From NCBI GenBank assembly GCA_965153285.1, contig OZ229111.1: a stretch of DNA of 64,000 nucleotides; one strand, given 5' to 3'. Positions 30,264 to 43,687 of the stretch are shown one piece after another. Source of the stretch: Podarcis tiliguerta. Lineage: Eukaryota. Positions within the stretch are counted from its first letter, which is position 1. Every line of letters begins with the position of its first letter. The position numbers and the translations under genes were made by a program. The notes below the pieces were generated by a model that saw only the letters and a program-made list of their open reading frames with translations, ran no database searches and had not been told where the DNA came from.

Positions 30264-30553
30264 GAAATCAGCCCTGAGTGCTCACTGGAAGGACAGATCC
30301 TGAAGCTGAGGCTCCAATACTTTGGCCACCTCATGAGAAGAGAAGACTCCCTGGGAAAGACCCTGATGTTGCGAAAGATTGAGGGCACAAGGAGAATTGG
30401 ACAACAGAGGACGAGATGGTTGGACAGTGTTCTCGAAGCTACGAACGTAAGTTTGCCCAAGCTGCAGGAGGCAGTGGAAGACAGAAGTGCCTGGTGTGCT
30501 CTGGTCCATGGGGTCACGAAGAGTCGGACATGACTAACCGACTAAACAACAAA
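30264..30553 (+). mobile_element. BovB (RTE clade) LINE 3' fragment
   Basis: Translation EISPECSLEGQILKLRLQYFGHLMRREDSLGKTLML.KIEG...RWLD...VHGVTKSRT is characteristic of the BovB C-terminus; ends in a (CAA)-type tail. Confidence 0.92.
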
Positions 30554-30554
30554 A

Positions 30555-30940
30555 AAAGATAAAGGGACCCCTGACAGTCAAGTCCAATTGCGAACGACTC
30601 TGGGGTTCCGGCGCTCATCTTGCTTTACTGGCTGAGGGAGCCAATGTTTGTCCGCTCCGCAGACAGTTTTTTCGGGTCATGTGGTCAGAATGACTAAGCC
30701 GCTTCTGGCGCAATGGAACACCGACACCAGAGCAGTGCACAGAAACGCTGTTTACCTTCCTGCCGCAGCGGTACCTATTTATCTACTTGCACTTTTTGGT
30801 GTGCTTTCGAACTGCTAGGTTGGCAGAAGCTGGGTCCAAGCAATGGGAGCTCACCCCGTCACAGGGATTTGAATCGCCGACCGTCTGATCGGCAAGCCCA
30901 AGAGGCTCAGTGGTTTAGACCACAACGCCACCTGCGTCCC
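30555..30940 (-). mobile_element. Sauria SINE, near full length
   Basis: Minus strand begins GGGACGCAGGTGGCGTTGTGG (A box) and has GATTCAAATCCC (B box), core AACCTAGCAGTTCGAAAGCAC and tail GGGGTCCCTTTATCTTT. Confidence 0.9.
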
Positions 30941-31298
30941 TAAAATTTATTTTTTCTTATTTCTCACGTAGTCGGCTCAAATATAATTCCTGCCGATTTT
31001 CACCTTCTGCTTTGATTAAATGGAGAGTTTCCTTGACTTTGTTTTCCTAGAAGAGCAGATCCGTGCTTGCAAGAGAAAGCACATTATCAATGCCCAAAAA
31101 CCTTCTTTTTCACTTTCCCATAAAAACTGAGGCCTGCACCACTTGTTACCAACAAGCTAAATGCAGTCCATTGCCCAGGTAATCTGCTGCTGCAGCCTGC
31201 CTTCGGCAGCAGGCTATGTTCTGGTTGATGGATCAAACAGTGTGTGGCTCTGGCTTATGTTCTGAAAGTGACAACTCTGTAGGAACAAGTGTGCTGTG

Positions 31299-32679
31299 AT
31301 GGCGTTTATTGACCTGACTAAGGCTTTCAACACTGTAGATCGTAATGCCCTGTGGACTGTCCTTGGCTGCCCAGATAAATTTATAAACATCATTCGGCTC
31401 CTCCATGATAATATGACAGCAACAATCGCAGATAACAATGGCTCTCAAAGTGAACCATTCACAGTGGGCTCAGGTGTTAAACAGGGTTGTCTTATTGCCC
31501 CAACTCTATTCATTATTTTCATTGCCATGATCCTACACTTTGTCAAAGGGAAACTCCCCACCGGAGTAGAAATCATATATCAAACAGATGGAAAGCTCTT
31601 CAATCTGAGCAGGCTGAAAGCAAAGAGGAAGGCTACTGTAACTTCCGTCCCGTCACAGAGCTTCAGTATGCTGATGACAACGTAGTGTGCGCACGCTCAG
31701 AGGATGACCTCCAGACCATCCTAAATATCTTTGCAGAAGCTTACGAAAAGCTTGGCCTATCACTCAACATCCAAAAAACCAAAGTGATGCACCAACAAGT
31801 ACAAAATAACCCCTCTGCAGCGCCACAAATCCAACTCAATGGTGTAACATTGGAAAATGTTAACCACTTCTCCTACCTAGGCAGTTATCTTTCCACAAGG
31901 GCCAACATTGATGCAGAAATCCAGCATCGCCTGAGCTCTGCGAGTGCAGCTTTCTACCGATTGAAGTGCAGAGAGTTTGAGGACCGGGACATTCGCAGGG
32001 AAAGCAAAATGCTTGTTTACAAAGCTATTGTACTACCAACCTTACTATATGCTTGTGAAACATGGACCACTTATAAACGCCACCTCCAACTCCTCGAAAG
32101 ATTCCATCAGCAGTGTCTCCGAAAAAAATTACACATCACTTGGGAAGACAGGCAAACTAATATTAGTGTATTGGATGAAGCAAAGATCACCAGTATTGAA
32201 GCAATGATTCTTCAACATCAACTTCGTTGGACTGGTCATGTTGTGCGGATGCCTGATGATCGTCTTCCAAAGCAACTACTCTATTCTGAACTTAAAAATG
32301 GAAAACGTAATGCTGGTGGTCAACAAAAGAAGTTTAAAGACTGTCTCAAGGCAAATCTAAAAAAATGTAGTATAAACACTGACAACTGGGAAACACTGGC
32401 CTGTGAGCGCTCCAGTTGGAGAACAGCCTTTACCAAAGGTGTCATGGGCTTTGAAGACACTCGAACTCAGGATGCAAGGTAGAAACGTGCTAAGAGGAAG
32501 GCATGCTTGGCAAATCCACACTGTGATTTGCCATCGAGAAAGCAATGTCCCCACTGTGGAAGGATGTGTGGGTCCAGAATTGGCCTCCACAGTCACTTAC
32601 GGACTCATTGTTAAAACTGTGTCTATGGAAGACAATCTTACTCGGCTACGAGTGATCGCGAAAGAAGAAAAGAAAGAAA
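31299..32679 (+). mobile_element. 5'-truncated RTE-clade LINE (RT domain and C-terminal CCHH finger), pseudogenised
   Basis: RT motifs FIDLTKAF, GVKQGC.IAPTLF, LQYADD, FSYLGS; LRWTGHVVRM; CPHCGRMCGSRIGLHSHLRTHC* at 32546-32614; (GAA/GAAA)n tail. One frameshift and one premature stop. Confidence 0.93.
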
Positions 32680-35317
32680 GATGGAAACTATTGAACTAGG
32701 TTCCGGGAGATCTAAGTTCAAATTCCTGCTCAGTTCACTGCACATTTGAAAATTCCCTCCGTTTTTAGATAGATTTCGCTATATCCACCATGACTAGACT
32801 CACAATAAGAGCTAATTCACACACTATATTCTCTTAAGTAACCATCCTTTGGCTCCTGAGCTCATTCACCTAACAAGGGTATTACAGACCCTCTCAGTTT
32901 TACACTGCATGTGGCAGTTCTGTTTGCCACAGGTACACCAACATGACATGTAAAGCACATTTTCAAACATGCAAGAATATGCAGTGGGGAGATGCTGGCA
33001 AAGGAACTCATCTCAGGCACATGTTCATTGCCTGCATACAGATATGCATCTTCCCTTCATGTGCTAATGGTGTCTAGTGCAAAAACAAGTATACACACAG
33101 CATGTGCAACTTCTCTGTAAAGTGTGAATTGGACCAAATCCTAGGCTGAACACTCTGAAAGGATATTCATTTGTGTCTTTGGCACCACCTTTTCCAAATG
33201 GCCCATGATCAGATAAGGAATCTTAAATATATTTTCTTAATATGCTGTTATTCTAAATATTGGCTTTCATTAGGAACAACTTTTCAAGGACTGGATTGCT
33301 AAAGGACAAAGAAGGGGAAGCACAGTGACAGACACCGTGGTGTATGTTTAATAATTGCACTGGTTCTGCAGCTGGTGTTTCTTTCAATATTCATTGGCCT
33401 GTGATACAGGAGACCTATCTAGCTACCATTTAAAAATTGATGGAGCAGAGCAGATGCAGAGTGGAGCTGGAACGCTGCCCCTGGCTCACACTCTTCCCTC
33501 ACCTGTCTTGAGGCTCTTTGCTTAAGAAAATCTGCTGGGCTCTGACATTAACCCATCCCAACAATCACCTGGGAGGAGTGGTGTGGATCTGCCCTGAAGA
33601 AATGATTGGAAAATAATGACAAGGGAAGGTAGAGCCCAATGCAAAAGCGAATAGGAAGAGAACACCTTTCTCTTGGACCCATGAGCAAAGAAGCCTGCTC
33701 CTGATGCCATCCATTCAAAACATCAGATAGTGTTTAAGGGGCAACAGGAGAAGGCCCATAGTCATTTTGGATGTAGGTTGAAAGAGTTTGCTATTAACAA
33801 CCTCAGGACCATCCAGGAGCATTTACGAGATTTGTAAAATACAGGGTTTGTGGGAAAGACTGCTGGTTGAGATGCAAGAATACAGGCAATGACTTGCTGC
33901 GGTCGGCAGCCAAGGATGCAAGGATACTGCCAGTGAGAGTGGAAGTAATGCAGGGTGCAGTGAGAAGTGGCAAAAATCTACATTAAACCTTCAGTGATAA
34001 GTAGTTTTAATTAATGAAACAGGTGCCATTTCTAGCACTCGGATTTTAAAATGCCAGCTCTCACAGAGTGAGACTGTTCTTAAGCTAAAACACAGAAATA
34101 GGACATCTACTGAGTTCTGAAACAAACAAATTCTCTCTAATATGCATCTAATTCCAAGGCAGGAGGCTGTCCCCCCCCCCCAACGGTTTGATTATCTGAC
34201 TCACAAAGTAAGGCTGTGTAGAAGAAACATTTAAAGGCAAAGACCCACCTCTGGTTTCTAAGCTCTTAGCCCATCTCTGAAACCTTGATGGCTTCAATTT
34301 TCTTATTATTTTTTTAAAGACAGAAGGGAGAGGGGGAAGATTCTTGGGTTATTGAATTTTCCACCCAATAACAATTTATTTCCTTGCAAGGTCTGAGCAC
34401 AGAATCGTAAAATATGCATAGACCTGTTTACAGAGTAAGATCCAAACTACTTTAGCACTGACTCCCTTATCAAATTATTTGCAAGCTCCTTGGCACGGGC
34501 AAGGCACTTATCTTCCTCTGTCCACTGAACTTCTCTAAGCTGCTCTGCAGCAGAAAATAATGACTATTTCTTTGCCACATGACACAGGAGTAATATTGTG
34601 AGTTCAATAAATTTAAAATACTAGTACTCTATAGTAGAGGTAGGCTTGTTGAATCTACTTTTGTTTCTCCCCCAGAACCTCAATATCTACCAGCCAGGGC
34701 CAGATGCAAAAGACATACATAAGAATGAAAGAACAGGGTGCCTCTGAGCCATGGAATTTACTATTGGTAGCAGAATTGAACTGAGTTCAGTTTTTTTCCA
34801 CATAAAAGTCCACTTCTGCTTAATATTAATTCATTTCGGCAACCAAATTTAGGTGGGAAAATTCCTTTCGTTGCTGCTACTGTTAAAAAACCAGGAGTCA
34901 GAAATCCATGTTGATGTACCGCATCTCACTCAGAGATCTAGCAGGAGGTCTTCCTTCTGCCCGCCTTGGTCTATAGAACTACATCTCATGATAGCCTGTG
35001 AGGGCTCATCATCCTACATCATCCTTTGCCAACCTGCTTCTCCTAGATGTTTTGGATGACCATTCCCAACAGCCCCAGCAAACATGGCTAGGCCTGAGGG
35101 GAGTTGTCATTGAAACATGTGGAAGGTACAAGGGTGGCAAAGGCTATCTTACATTATATTAGAATATAATATGTAAAGGGTGAAGTATGAAAAGGGGAAG
35201 TCTGTGAGTCATTCACATTTCCCCTCCCCTCCCCCAGGTCAAGTTCTGTATAACACCAAAGCTTGCCTCAGCAAAAACTCACAAAGACACTTGAACATGT
35301 TCCGAGAGAAATGCTCA

Positions 35318-35620
<303 letters not shown>

Positions 35621-35895
35621 TTAAGAGTTCCTTTGACTCGGTATTTCAAAAGGCCATGCACAGGGACCTAAGAGCCACAAGTACTTAGCAAAACAGATAA
35701 AGCCTGCTGTCCCGACAGCCAGTGGACTTTAGCAGCAACCAGGAAAATTCACTTTCAAAGTGAGAACTGTCCTCTCTGTCCTCCCACATTCTAATTATTG
35801 AGAATTGCCGTTTGGGGAGAGTTTCTTTCCAGCCATCACCATTTAGTGATGATTTAGAGGATAAAGCAATAACGTGCAAGTCCTTTCAAAAGTCT

Positions 35896-35943
35896 GTTGC
35901 ATCCCATACATGTACAGACGTTGCATCCCATACATGTACAGAC
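35896..35943. repeat. Perfect 24-bp tandem duplication
   Basis: GTTGCATCCCATACATGTACAGAC x2. Confidence 0.95.
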
Positions 35944-38388
35944 GTACATGTATCCATCCTGTACACCATACAACTGCTTTGACCAATAATCTCTTCACTC
36001 TGGATGCTTCCGAGGCAATGGGGTTTCCCCCATTCCCCCTTGCCATTTAAAAGTCATTCTTTGGCCTTCTGCTCTCTGTGGATATATTGTCAAACACGTA
36101 CATATCAACCAATTTTTGACTGACTTGCCTCAAATATATATATGATACTTTATTTTTCTCCCTTTTACAGTGCTTGCAAAGTCTACTATATAAGATTCTC
36201 TTGAATCTGTAGCACAGGTGCATACATAGAGAGTATCTCCATGGGGGGATGAGTATATATAATACATACTCTTTTCCATCCTGTGCACACACGGGTCTCA
36301 TTTTCTGGTTTTATTAAAAGAAACATAGAATTCAGTTGGGCATCCTTTTTTTCCATAAGAAAAGTTGCCAAAATGCTGGGCTTGGCTGGAGAGTAACAGC
36401 CAAATTCTTCCTGGATAGATCTGAGTGTACCAAGCTGTCCCCACAGGAAATTCTGATCTTTTGCACTTTCTGCATATGGTCTTAAATGTTACCGTCTGTC
36501 CCTGAGATTAGTGATGCCATTTGAAGCATGCCTGGTTTTGTTTTGAGTGGCTTTAAAAAAAAAATCAGGAAAGGGCATTTCCTCCTCTCCCACATATATT
36601 CTGCTCCTGCGGCTGCTGAGTTGTCCTCAGATTTTGCTGGTCAGAGCACCCCTACATCCCAAAGTGGATCTCAGTGCCTCCCTAGCCATAAAGCAGATAA
36701 TTAATGACTAAATCTGATCAGGACATCTGGTCTACAGAGATTGCTTAGGTGCTTTAGTGCCCCATACTCAGGAAACAAGTAACTCTCTTTCTCCGTTAAC
36801 AATAGCCTCTGTCTTGAATCTCCATCTACAGATTCCCCCCCCCCCCAAGAAGTCCAGGGCAAAACTAAAATGGACCCTTGTTTAAAGTCAGACTGTTAGC
36901 TTCTCTGGGCAGAGACTTTTCTTTTGCTTATGTCACTTTGTAAAGCAGGAGTTTGGAACCTGTGGTCCTATATATGTTGTTGGGCTAGGCTCCCATCATT
37001 CTTGCTCACTGGTCATGTTGCCTAGGGCTGCTGGGAGCTAAAGTCCAATGGTACCTGCAGGTTGCCTAATCCTCCTTTAATAAATAACGATAAAAGGAGA
37101 AGAATCTGCATTGATGAGGTTACAGGAAGTATTCCTGCATTTGGGTAGTCTTGCATACTGCGCAGGGGGAGGGAAATGGGGAGAAGAGCAAACAGAAGGG
37201 TCAATGCTGCAGGATATGTTTTAAGATCTTTTGTTTAAGTATGCACATATTGGAATTATCGGCTCCAATCAATGGCTCTCACCAGCAGCTACTGAAGGTT
37301 GTCATTGAAAACTAAATGCTCACAGTTTGAAACATGGGTTTTTTCCTTGCTTCCTAATGTCTAGAAAAAAAACACATGTCAACACAAGCCCAGCAGGCAA
37401 TAATTGGATAATCTGCAGGTCAATTCAGAAGGAGGAGGAATTTCAGACACACAAGCCGGCCATATTTCTAGAGACACCCCCAGCACCAGAGTTTACAGAA
37501 GTGAAGATTCAGAAGCCAAATGTATATTCCTAAAATCCCCTCATCTTCTGAATGTCCAAACTACCTCCCATAACCTACCTCCAAATGACACTCAGACATA
37601 TGTAACTAAAGCCCAACAGCTATGGCTGGTTATACTGTTTCTTCTCTCCACTTCACTCTATTCCAAGTTTTCCCACAAAGTGACTTCCTTCTCACCCCTC
37701 CAGAGTTCTTTATGTTTAAGAACAAAGAGATGGGAGAGAGGAGTAGCTGTTTGGGGGAGGCACAAGTGTCTTTCAACCAGCACTGTCTTGGCTCTTCCTA
37801 GCCAGGATCTGAGTGTGCAGGGCTGCCTAATGCTCCATTCGTGGTAGATTTCACAGACGGTTTTGTGCAAGGCCACTGCCCTGTACTTCCAGTGATCAAA
37901 ATAAAGCAAAGCCCTTCACTCTCCCAGAAGCCATGAAGGGAGGATCAGATGGCAGGTTCCTCCTATCTGGGCTGTGTGCTCAGCTTCTAAAGTCAGCGAC
38001 ACTTGATAAGCTCGGAAATTGGTCCTGTCCTACATAAGCGATCTTATCAGAATTGCATGCTGCAAATAGAGCAGGGTGGTGGTGGCTGCAGCAGCAGCAG
38101 CAGTAGCAGCAGCACAAAACATCTGTCACATAAATGATCTCAGCAGGCTTGGCTTACCATCTACAACTTGGAAAGCAACGAAGCAAAGCCCTCTTGCAAA
38201 CTGACACCCTCTCCACCCCACCCCCTTACTCTGTTGCTCTTCTCCTTTTTGTGCAATCTTTAGCAAAAGCAAATGACCAAAAAAGAATTAAGCATTTAAA
38301 CAAGGCTTTAAATTTGCACAAAAGCACTGAAATAACAACCCCAAAGATAAGAAAAAGTGCTAATGACAGCCCTATGCTTGGCTCTGGA

Positions 38389-38389
<1 letters not shown>

Positions 38390-38429
<40 letters not shown>
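38390..38429. repeat. (ATT)n microsatellite
   Basis: Direct reading; source of the poly-Tyr run in ORF 38134..38514. Confidence 0.95.
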
Positions 38430-38430
<1 letters not shown>

Positions 38431-41204
38431 ATGAGTGCACATGGAGTGGCGAAGGGAAATGGGGGGGTGGGGGCACACAGTGCCTACTCCTTCCTAGTCA
38501 TTTGCAATACCTAGCACTAAACTCATTCTAATTAAGATCACAAACAAAAAGAAGATTACAAACACATCATATCAGTCTTTTTTTTTAAAAAAAAAGCCAT
38601 GCCAGTAATATTTAATACAGGGTTTTCCCTCTTGTAATTTCATTTTACCAACCAAACATATATGGTTTCTCTGAAATTAAAATTACAGCTGGGAAAGCCT
38701 TGTATGTCCTCTGTTTAATTAGTTCTTTGAACTTATATACCTGATTATGCACTGCAGTTTCAAAGTTCTGCCAGATCTAGCCTATGGGGCAATGCTCCCA
38801 TTTCCTTTTCCAAGAGGACTGTTCCACACTCTAAAGTCATCCCAATTTATCCAGATGTAATAATAAAAAATTGTAAATAATGGGAATGCTACTCATCAGG
38901 ATTACAGGGATTCATACATGGAGTAAGCACACCAAACTCCAATAATGAGGAAAGATGGATCTTCTTAAAATGGGTGCACTGTTCTCCAGAGTCTCCCATT
39001 TGCCAGTGTTTGGAAGGTTTGTGGTTCATTTGTTTTGTTTTCACCTTATCCTTGTACCAGTAATTTAAAGTCCCTGTCTCCTGGCTGCTGTGTGCCCCCT
39101 CTCTCACTCTCTTCCCCCTCGATCATTAAGGAGGTAATGACAGGCAGAGTGTGATCACAACACAGCAACTGCCAAGAGCTTGAAACACAGATGGGCCAAA
39201 AAACCTCCAGCACATTCCAGAGAGGATAGAAGCAGAACTCTCAGATTCAGATGCTTAGATTTCAGGCTACCCTTGCAGACGGAATCTGAAAATCCACAAA
39301 GGATACACGTTCTGGTACAAGTTAAGATGGGGAAACAATACTTTTCCAAGGTAACCACTTGCTACTGACCAGCATTAATATATAGCAAAAATGTGAAATG
39401 GACCTACGAAACTGCCCATCACTCTGTTGCTATTCTCCCCCTCCACATCGCCAGCATGCACACACAACCAGAATCCACACGCCATGAAATTAACTGCGAC
39501 TTACTTTTGTCACTTTTGCTTTCTCAAACTCATAAGGGGCTTTACACACAATCATTTTTACACAGATCGTGTACGCCTTGAACCTAACAGCGTCCCTTTT
39601 CAATTCACACAGTCCAACTAGGCATAACGGCAGGACTCTAAATTTGTGCCTCCCAAATCTGTCACACCCAGGTAACTCACATTCTGTGCTCAAAAAAAAA
39701 ATTTAGGCAACTTAATCAAAGACATGAACATACCCCCCCCCCCAAAAAAAGCCAATATTTGCTGCAACATGCCTTAGTCTAAAAACAACAGCTGAGTTGG
39801 GGCAGGTTTTTTTGGAATGGATAATGGTGATATATTAGCAGGTGATGGTTGGCTAGATGAAAGTCAACTGGGATACATGAGTAGGAAAGCCTAACTGGAA
39901 ACTAGGGGAAGTGGTGATAGCAGACTACAATCACTAGGACTCATTCACAGATACTGTACTGGTTTTTACATTTCAAGTGGAATCCCTTTAATTACAAGGG
40001 CAGAATTTTCTTTTTTTTTGCCAAAGCAAAAATGAAGGGTATTATGAATTGACTTCACATATTTGATGTACATTCCACCAGAAATTATGAGTGGAGGACC
40101 GATTAAAGTGTAGCCAAACAGAAGGTTTCCCCCACCATGCCTAAGACCATTTTAAAGAGCGTGGTGGTTTTTTAAACGCCACAGATTAACATTGGTTAGT
40201 GAGAAGGCTCCTATAAACACAGGATGAATTAATGGAAGTCCACCTTGACTAACTGAACAAAATCGTAGATAAAGCCTATTCGACTCCATTAATCCCTACT
40301 GAATGAGCAAGACAAAGGCCACAAACACCAGAAGCAACAGAGCAATGGAAATGTGTCCCAAAAGGTTTAATGAGAATTTTAATCTATAAGAACTGAATGA
40401 AGAGGCAATCCATATTTATTTCAGATACGTTGATTTTGTAAATGGTCTGCTATTTTCAATGTGAAATCCTCACAACGGAGGCCCTTCCTCTTTACTCGAA
40501 GCAACACCTTCCCTGTGCTGGAGAGCTAAAAGCATCCAACAGCTTTTTAAACTGGAGGACCACTGCGAGAAGACCTGATGGCAGGCCCACAACTGGGGTA
40601 AGACTAGATCACAGAAGCACCGGACTGTGCTCTGCTACAGTGAGCAACCTGTGCACTTGCACTGACAGGCGCTTGATTCTCTGTAATTAATAACTGCATC
40701 GTGTTCTGGAGCTGATTACGTCTCCCAAATATGTTACGAATCCTGCGTCAACATTAATTACTCTGTGAGGTCAGCAGTGAGGGGAAGGTAAGGCCACCCC
40801 TCACTTCTCCAATCAAAAACATCCTTGTTATACAGGAAAACGTAAAGCCAATTTTTGCACAATTGCTTGTACTAAATTAAGCGGACAGTGTAAGGGCTGG
40901 CGAGGGGAGGGGGAGTCGGTATGGGGGGAAGGAAAGGGAGAGGCCACACTGGGGGAAATGGAGCCAGGGAATCTGATGATGTCAGACAAGTCTCTTGGAA
41001 ATGTGCGGCTGGTCATGCATCAAACAAGCCCAATTGAATAAACCAAGTGCTGCAGAAAATGACAGTAGCAGTGATATTAATATAAATATTGATATTAATG
41101 TCAGTGAGCATGGTAGCCACGCAGCAGTGACCCAAAAATCATTCTGACCAGCATGTGGAAATGTATGCCTTGCCAGCATGTTGGCCCTTTTATTAAGGAC
41201 TTGA

Positions 41205-41470
41205 GAGATCAGATCAAAAGCCTATCTACTCCAGCATCCTGATTCTCCCCCAGTGCCCAGCCAGATGCCTGTGGGAGGCCCACAAGCAGCATATAATGGC
41301 AATAGTCTTCTCCCACTATTATTCGGCAGCAACTGGCATTCAGAGGCATACTGCTTCTGATCTTGGAGGCAGCATAGAGCAACCACAACCAGCAGCCATC
41401 AACTGCCTTACCTCCTTGCCCCACAAATCTGCCTAGTACCACCTTAATGCGATCCAAGTCGGGGCCATCC
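41205..41470 (-). mobile_element. Old CR1-type LINE 3' fragment
   Basis: Resembles squamate CR1 3'UTR sequence (tccagcatcctg...ccagatgcctgtgggag...caactggcattcagaggcatactgc); family call from memory. Confidence 0.5.
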
Positions 41471-43519
41471 AATCTTCTGACAGTATTTATTCACATCACA
41501 TATGCTATCTTGAATCTCCCACTACCCAGCTGCTCAATATGGCCACAGGTTTCAGCATTATGAGATACTAGACCTTCATTGACCTTGAACGTTACAGAGA
41601 TGGCAGCACCATTGTACATTTTCCTTCTGCAGAGATAACACCTCAGAACTGCAGCCATCTATCTCAGTTATAGTGGTAGCCCCCTCTGGTCCACGTGTGT
41701 GTTCTTAAATCACATCAAAGGGGAAGTACACAGCCACATGCAATCAATCAATATGTGAAGATCCAACCAAGTGTGCAGAGCATTGAAGATAAACACAAAC
41801 TGTGCCTCTCAAGAGAAAGTTCTCCATAGAGTGAGAGAGCATTTGGTTAAAGATGTACACCCCCCCCCCACACACACACTTTGTCTGCAAAGAAAGGATG
41901 GACCTGTCAGTGAGGGCCTCAAGACAGAGCAACACAAACACCAGAGGCAACTGACCGGGTCATTGGCTCTCAAGAAGCTGAAGCTATTTCTGAGATATTT
42001 TGCACACACACACACACAAAATAATCCACATGCAAAGCACAGGCTCATTCTGAGACCGCATAGGTAATAAAGACCAGCACAGTGATCTTGCAAAGGAGAT
42101 CCAAAGCAGCAGTGCAGTTCATGTCACAGAAGCAGAAGCACTGAAATGAAAATGGCACAAAGCAGCAATGCCCCGCTGTGCAGTACAGAACAGCCCAGTG
42201 CTGTACAGATATTTCCAAACAATTTGCCCAGTCTATTTTTCAGCGTGCCAAATGACAGCGATGCCATCAATTCAATCAAGAGACTTTCCCACACCCTGAT
42301 AGATTTTGCTGTCAGGAAAATGTCTCTGCTCTTATTTGCTTTTATTCGGTTTCATTCTGCTCCTACTCATTGAAAAATCCTATCTACTCGGATCTGCCTC
42401 TAGCAACAACTTTGCTGCCTATCTTCAATGCTTAGCCATATTACATACGGCTCACTCTGCTCTTGCCCCATTTAACCTATCCATAACAACCTAAAGAACA
42501 ACAGCAACACCGTCTTTCTCTTACTTGCTGTCAAGCAACATCTTTCTGCAACTGCAACGCTCAACTGCAATGCACAATACTTCAGTTATTCTCAGGGCAA
42601 CTAAAGGAAAAATGAGCAGAACTGATGTCTCCTGGCTCTGGAATTTAGTGATAGAGGACCAGCAGCAATAGTAGGAATGAAGCAGTGTAGCTGGTTCAGT
42701 TATGGTTGCTGGAGATGAATGCTCTAATCTTGCTGCAGCCATTCGCTTGCTAGTTGGCCTTGGTCAGGCTTAATTCCCGTTTTGTAAAACAGGGATGACA
42801 GTGACTTACTTTGTAAGGTTGCTGTGAGAATGAATGAAATGAGAATTTCAAACTTGTTCTTTTGTTCAGCGTGCTATAAGAAATGGCAACAACTGGGGAA
42901 AGCTCAATAGAATTTTATTTTTATTCCTGGATCTCCCAGTCAGTCTGACTCCCTAATGTGCATCGCACCCATGGATCAATGTTTCCCCATTATTCTCTTT
43001 AAACCTAGCTCCTAGCAGTTTGGAAATCCCCCCCACTCTGAAAAAAAGGTCCTATGAGCCAGCATTTGGGGAACTATCTCAGATAAGTCTCCCTCACATT
43101 TTTAGTGGTTGTTCACTTTTTAGTCAAATAAAAATACACCATGAACAGTTAACGATGGACACAACAGTACAGTTATCCTGCCGAAAAACTCTCCAAGACA
43201 CACTTGAGGTCAAAACAAACAACCCCCTAAGCTTATATAAGCAGCAGAATCTTCAATGTGCCCTCTCTAAAGAGAATCAAATCCTGTGGGTGGTGGGAAG
43301 TGGTGAAGCTGTCTTGCTTTAAGGTCATCAGTCTAGCCTGAGCCACCAATAAACCCAGACCCCAGACACTTCAGTTCATTGTGAAAGCAGGAGAGAAGAC
43401 AGAGAGAAACTGCAGCAGCAGGAATCCCTCCTCCCCACAGGCATAAACTCACAAAGCTCATGAAGGCAAATGTAAGCCAAGCTGAAATGTTATCCAAGCA
43501 GACACACATACACACATTA

Positions 43520-43687
<168 letters not shown>

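Noticed and set aside
31487-32482. 331-aa RT ORF as a domesticated or novel RT system
   Set aside because: It is a 5'-truncated RTE copy with a frameshift and a premature stop; there is no endonuclease domain or promoter evidence.
38134-38514. ORF with a poly-Tyr run
   Set aside because: Artefact of the (ATT)n microsatellite.
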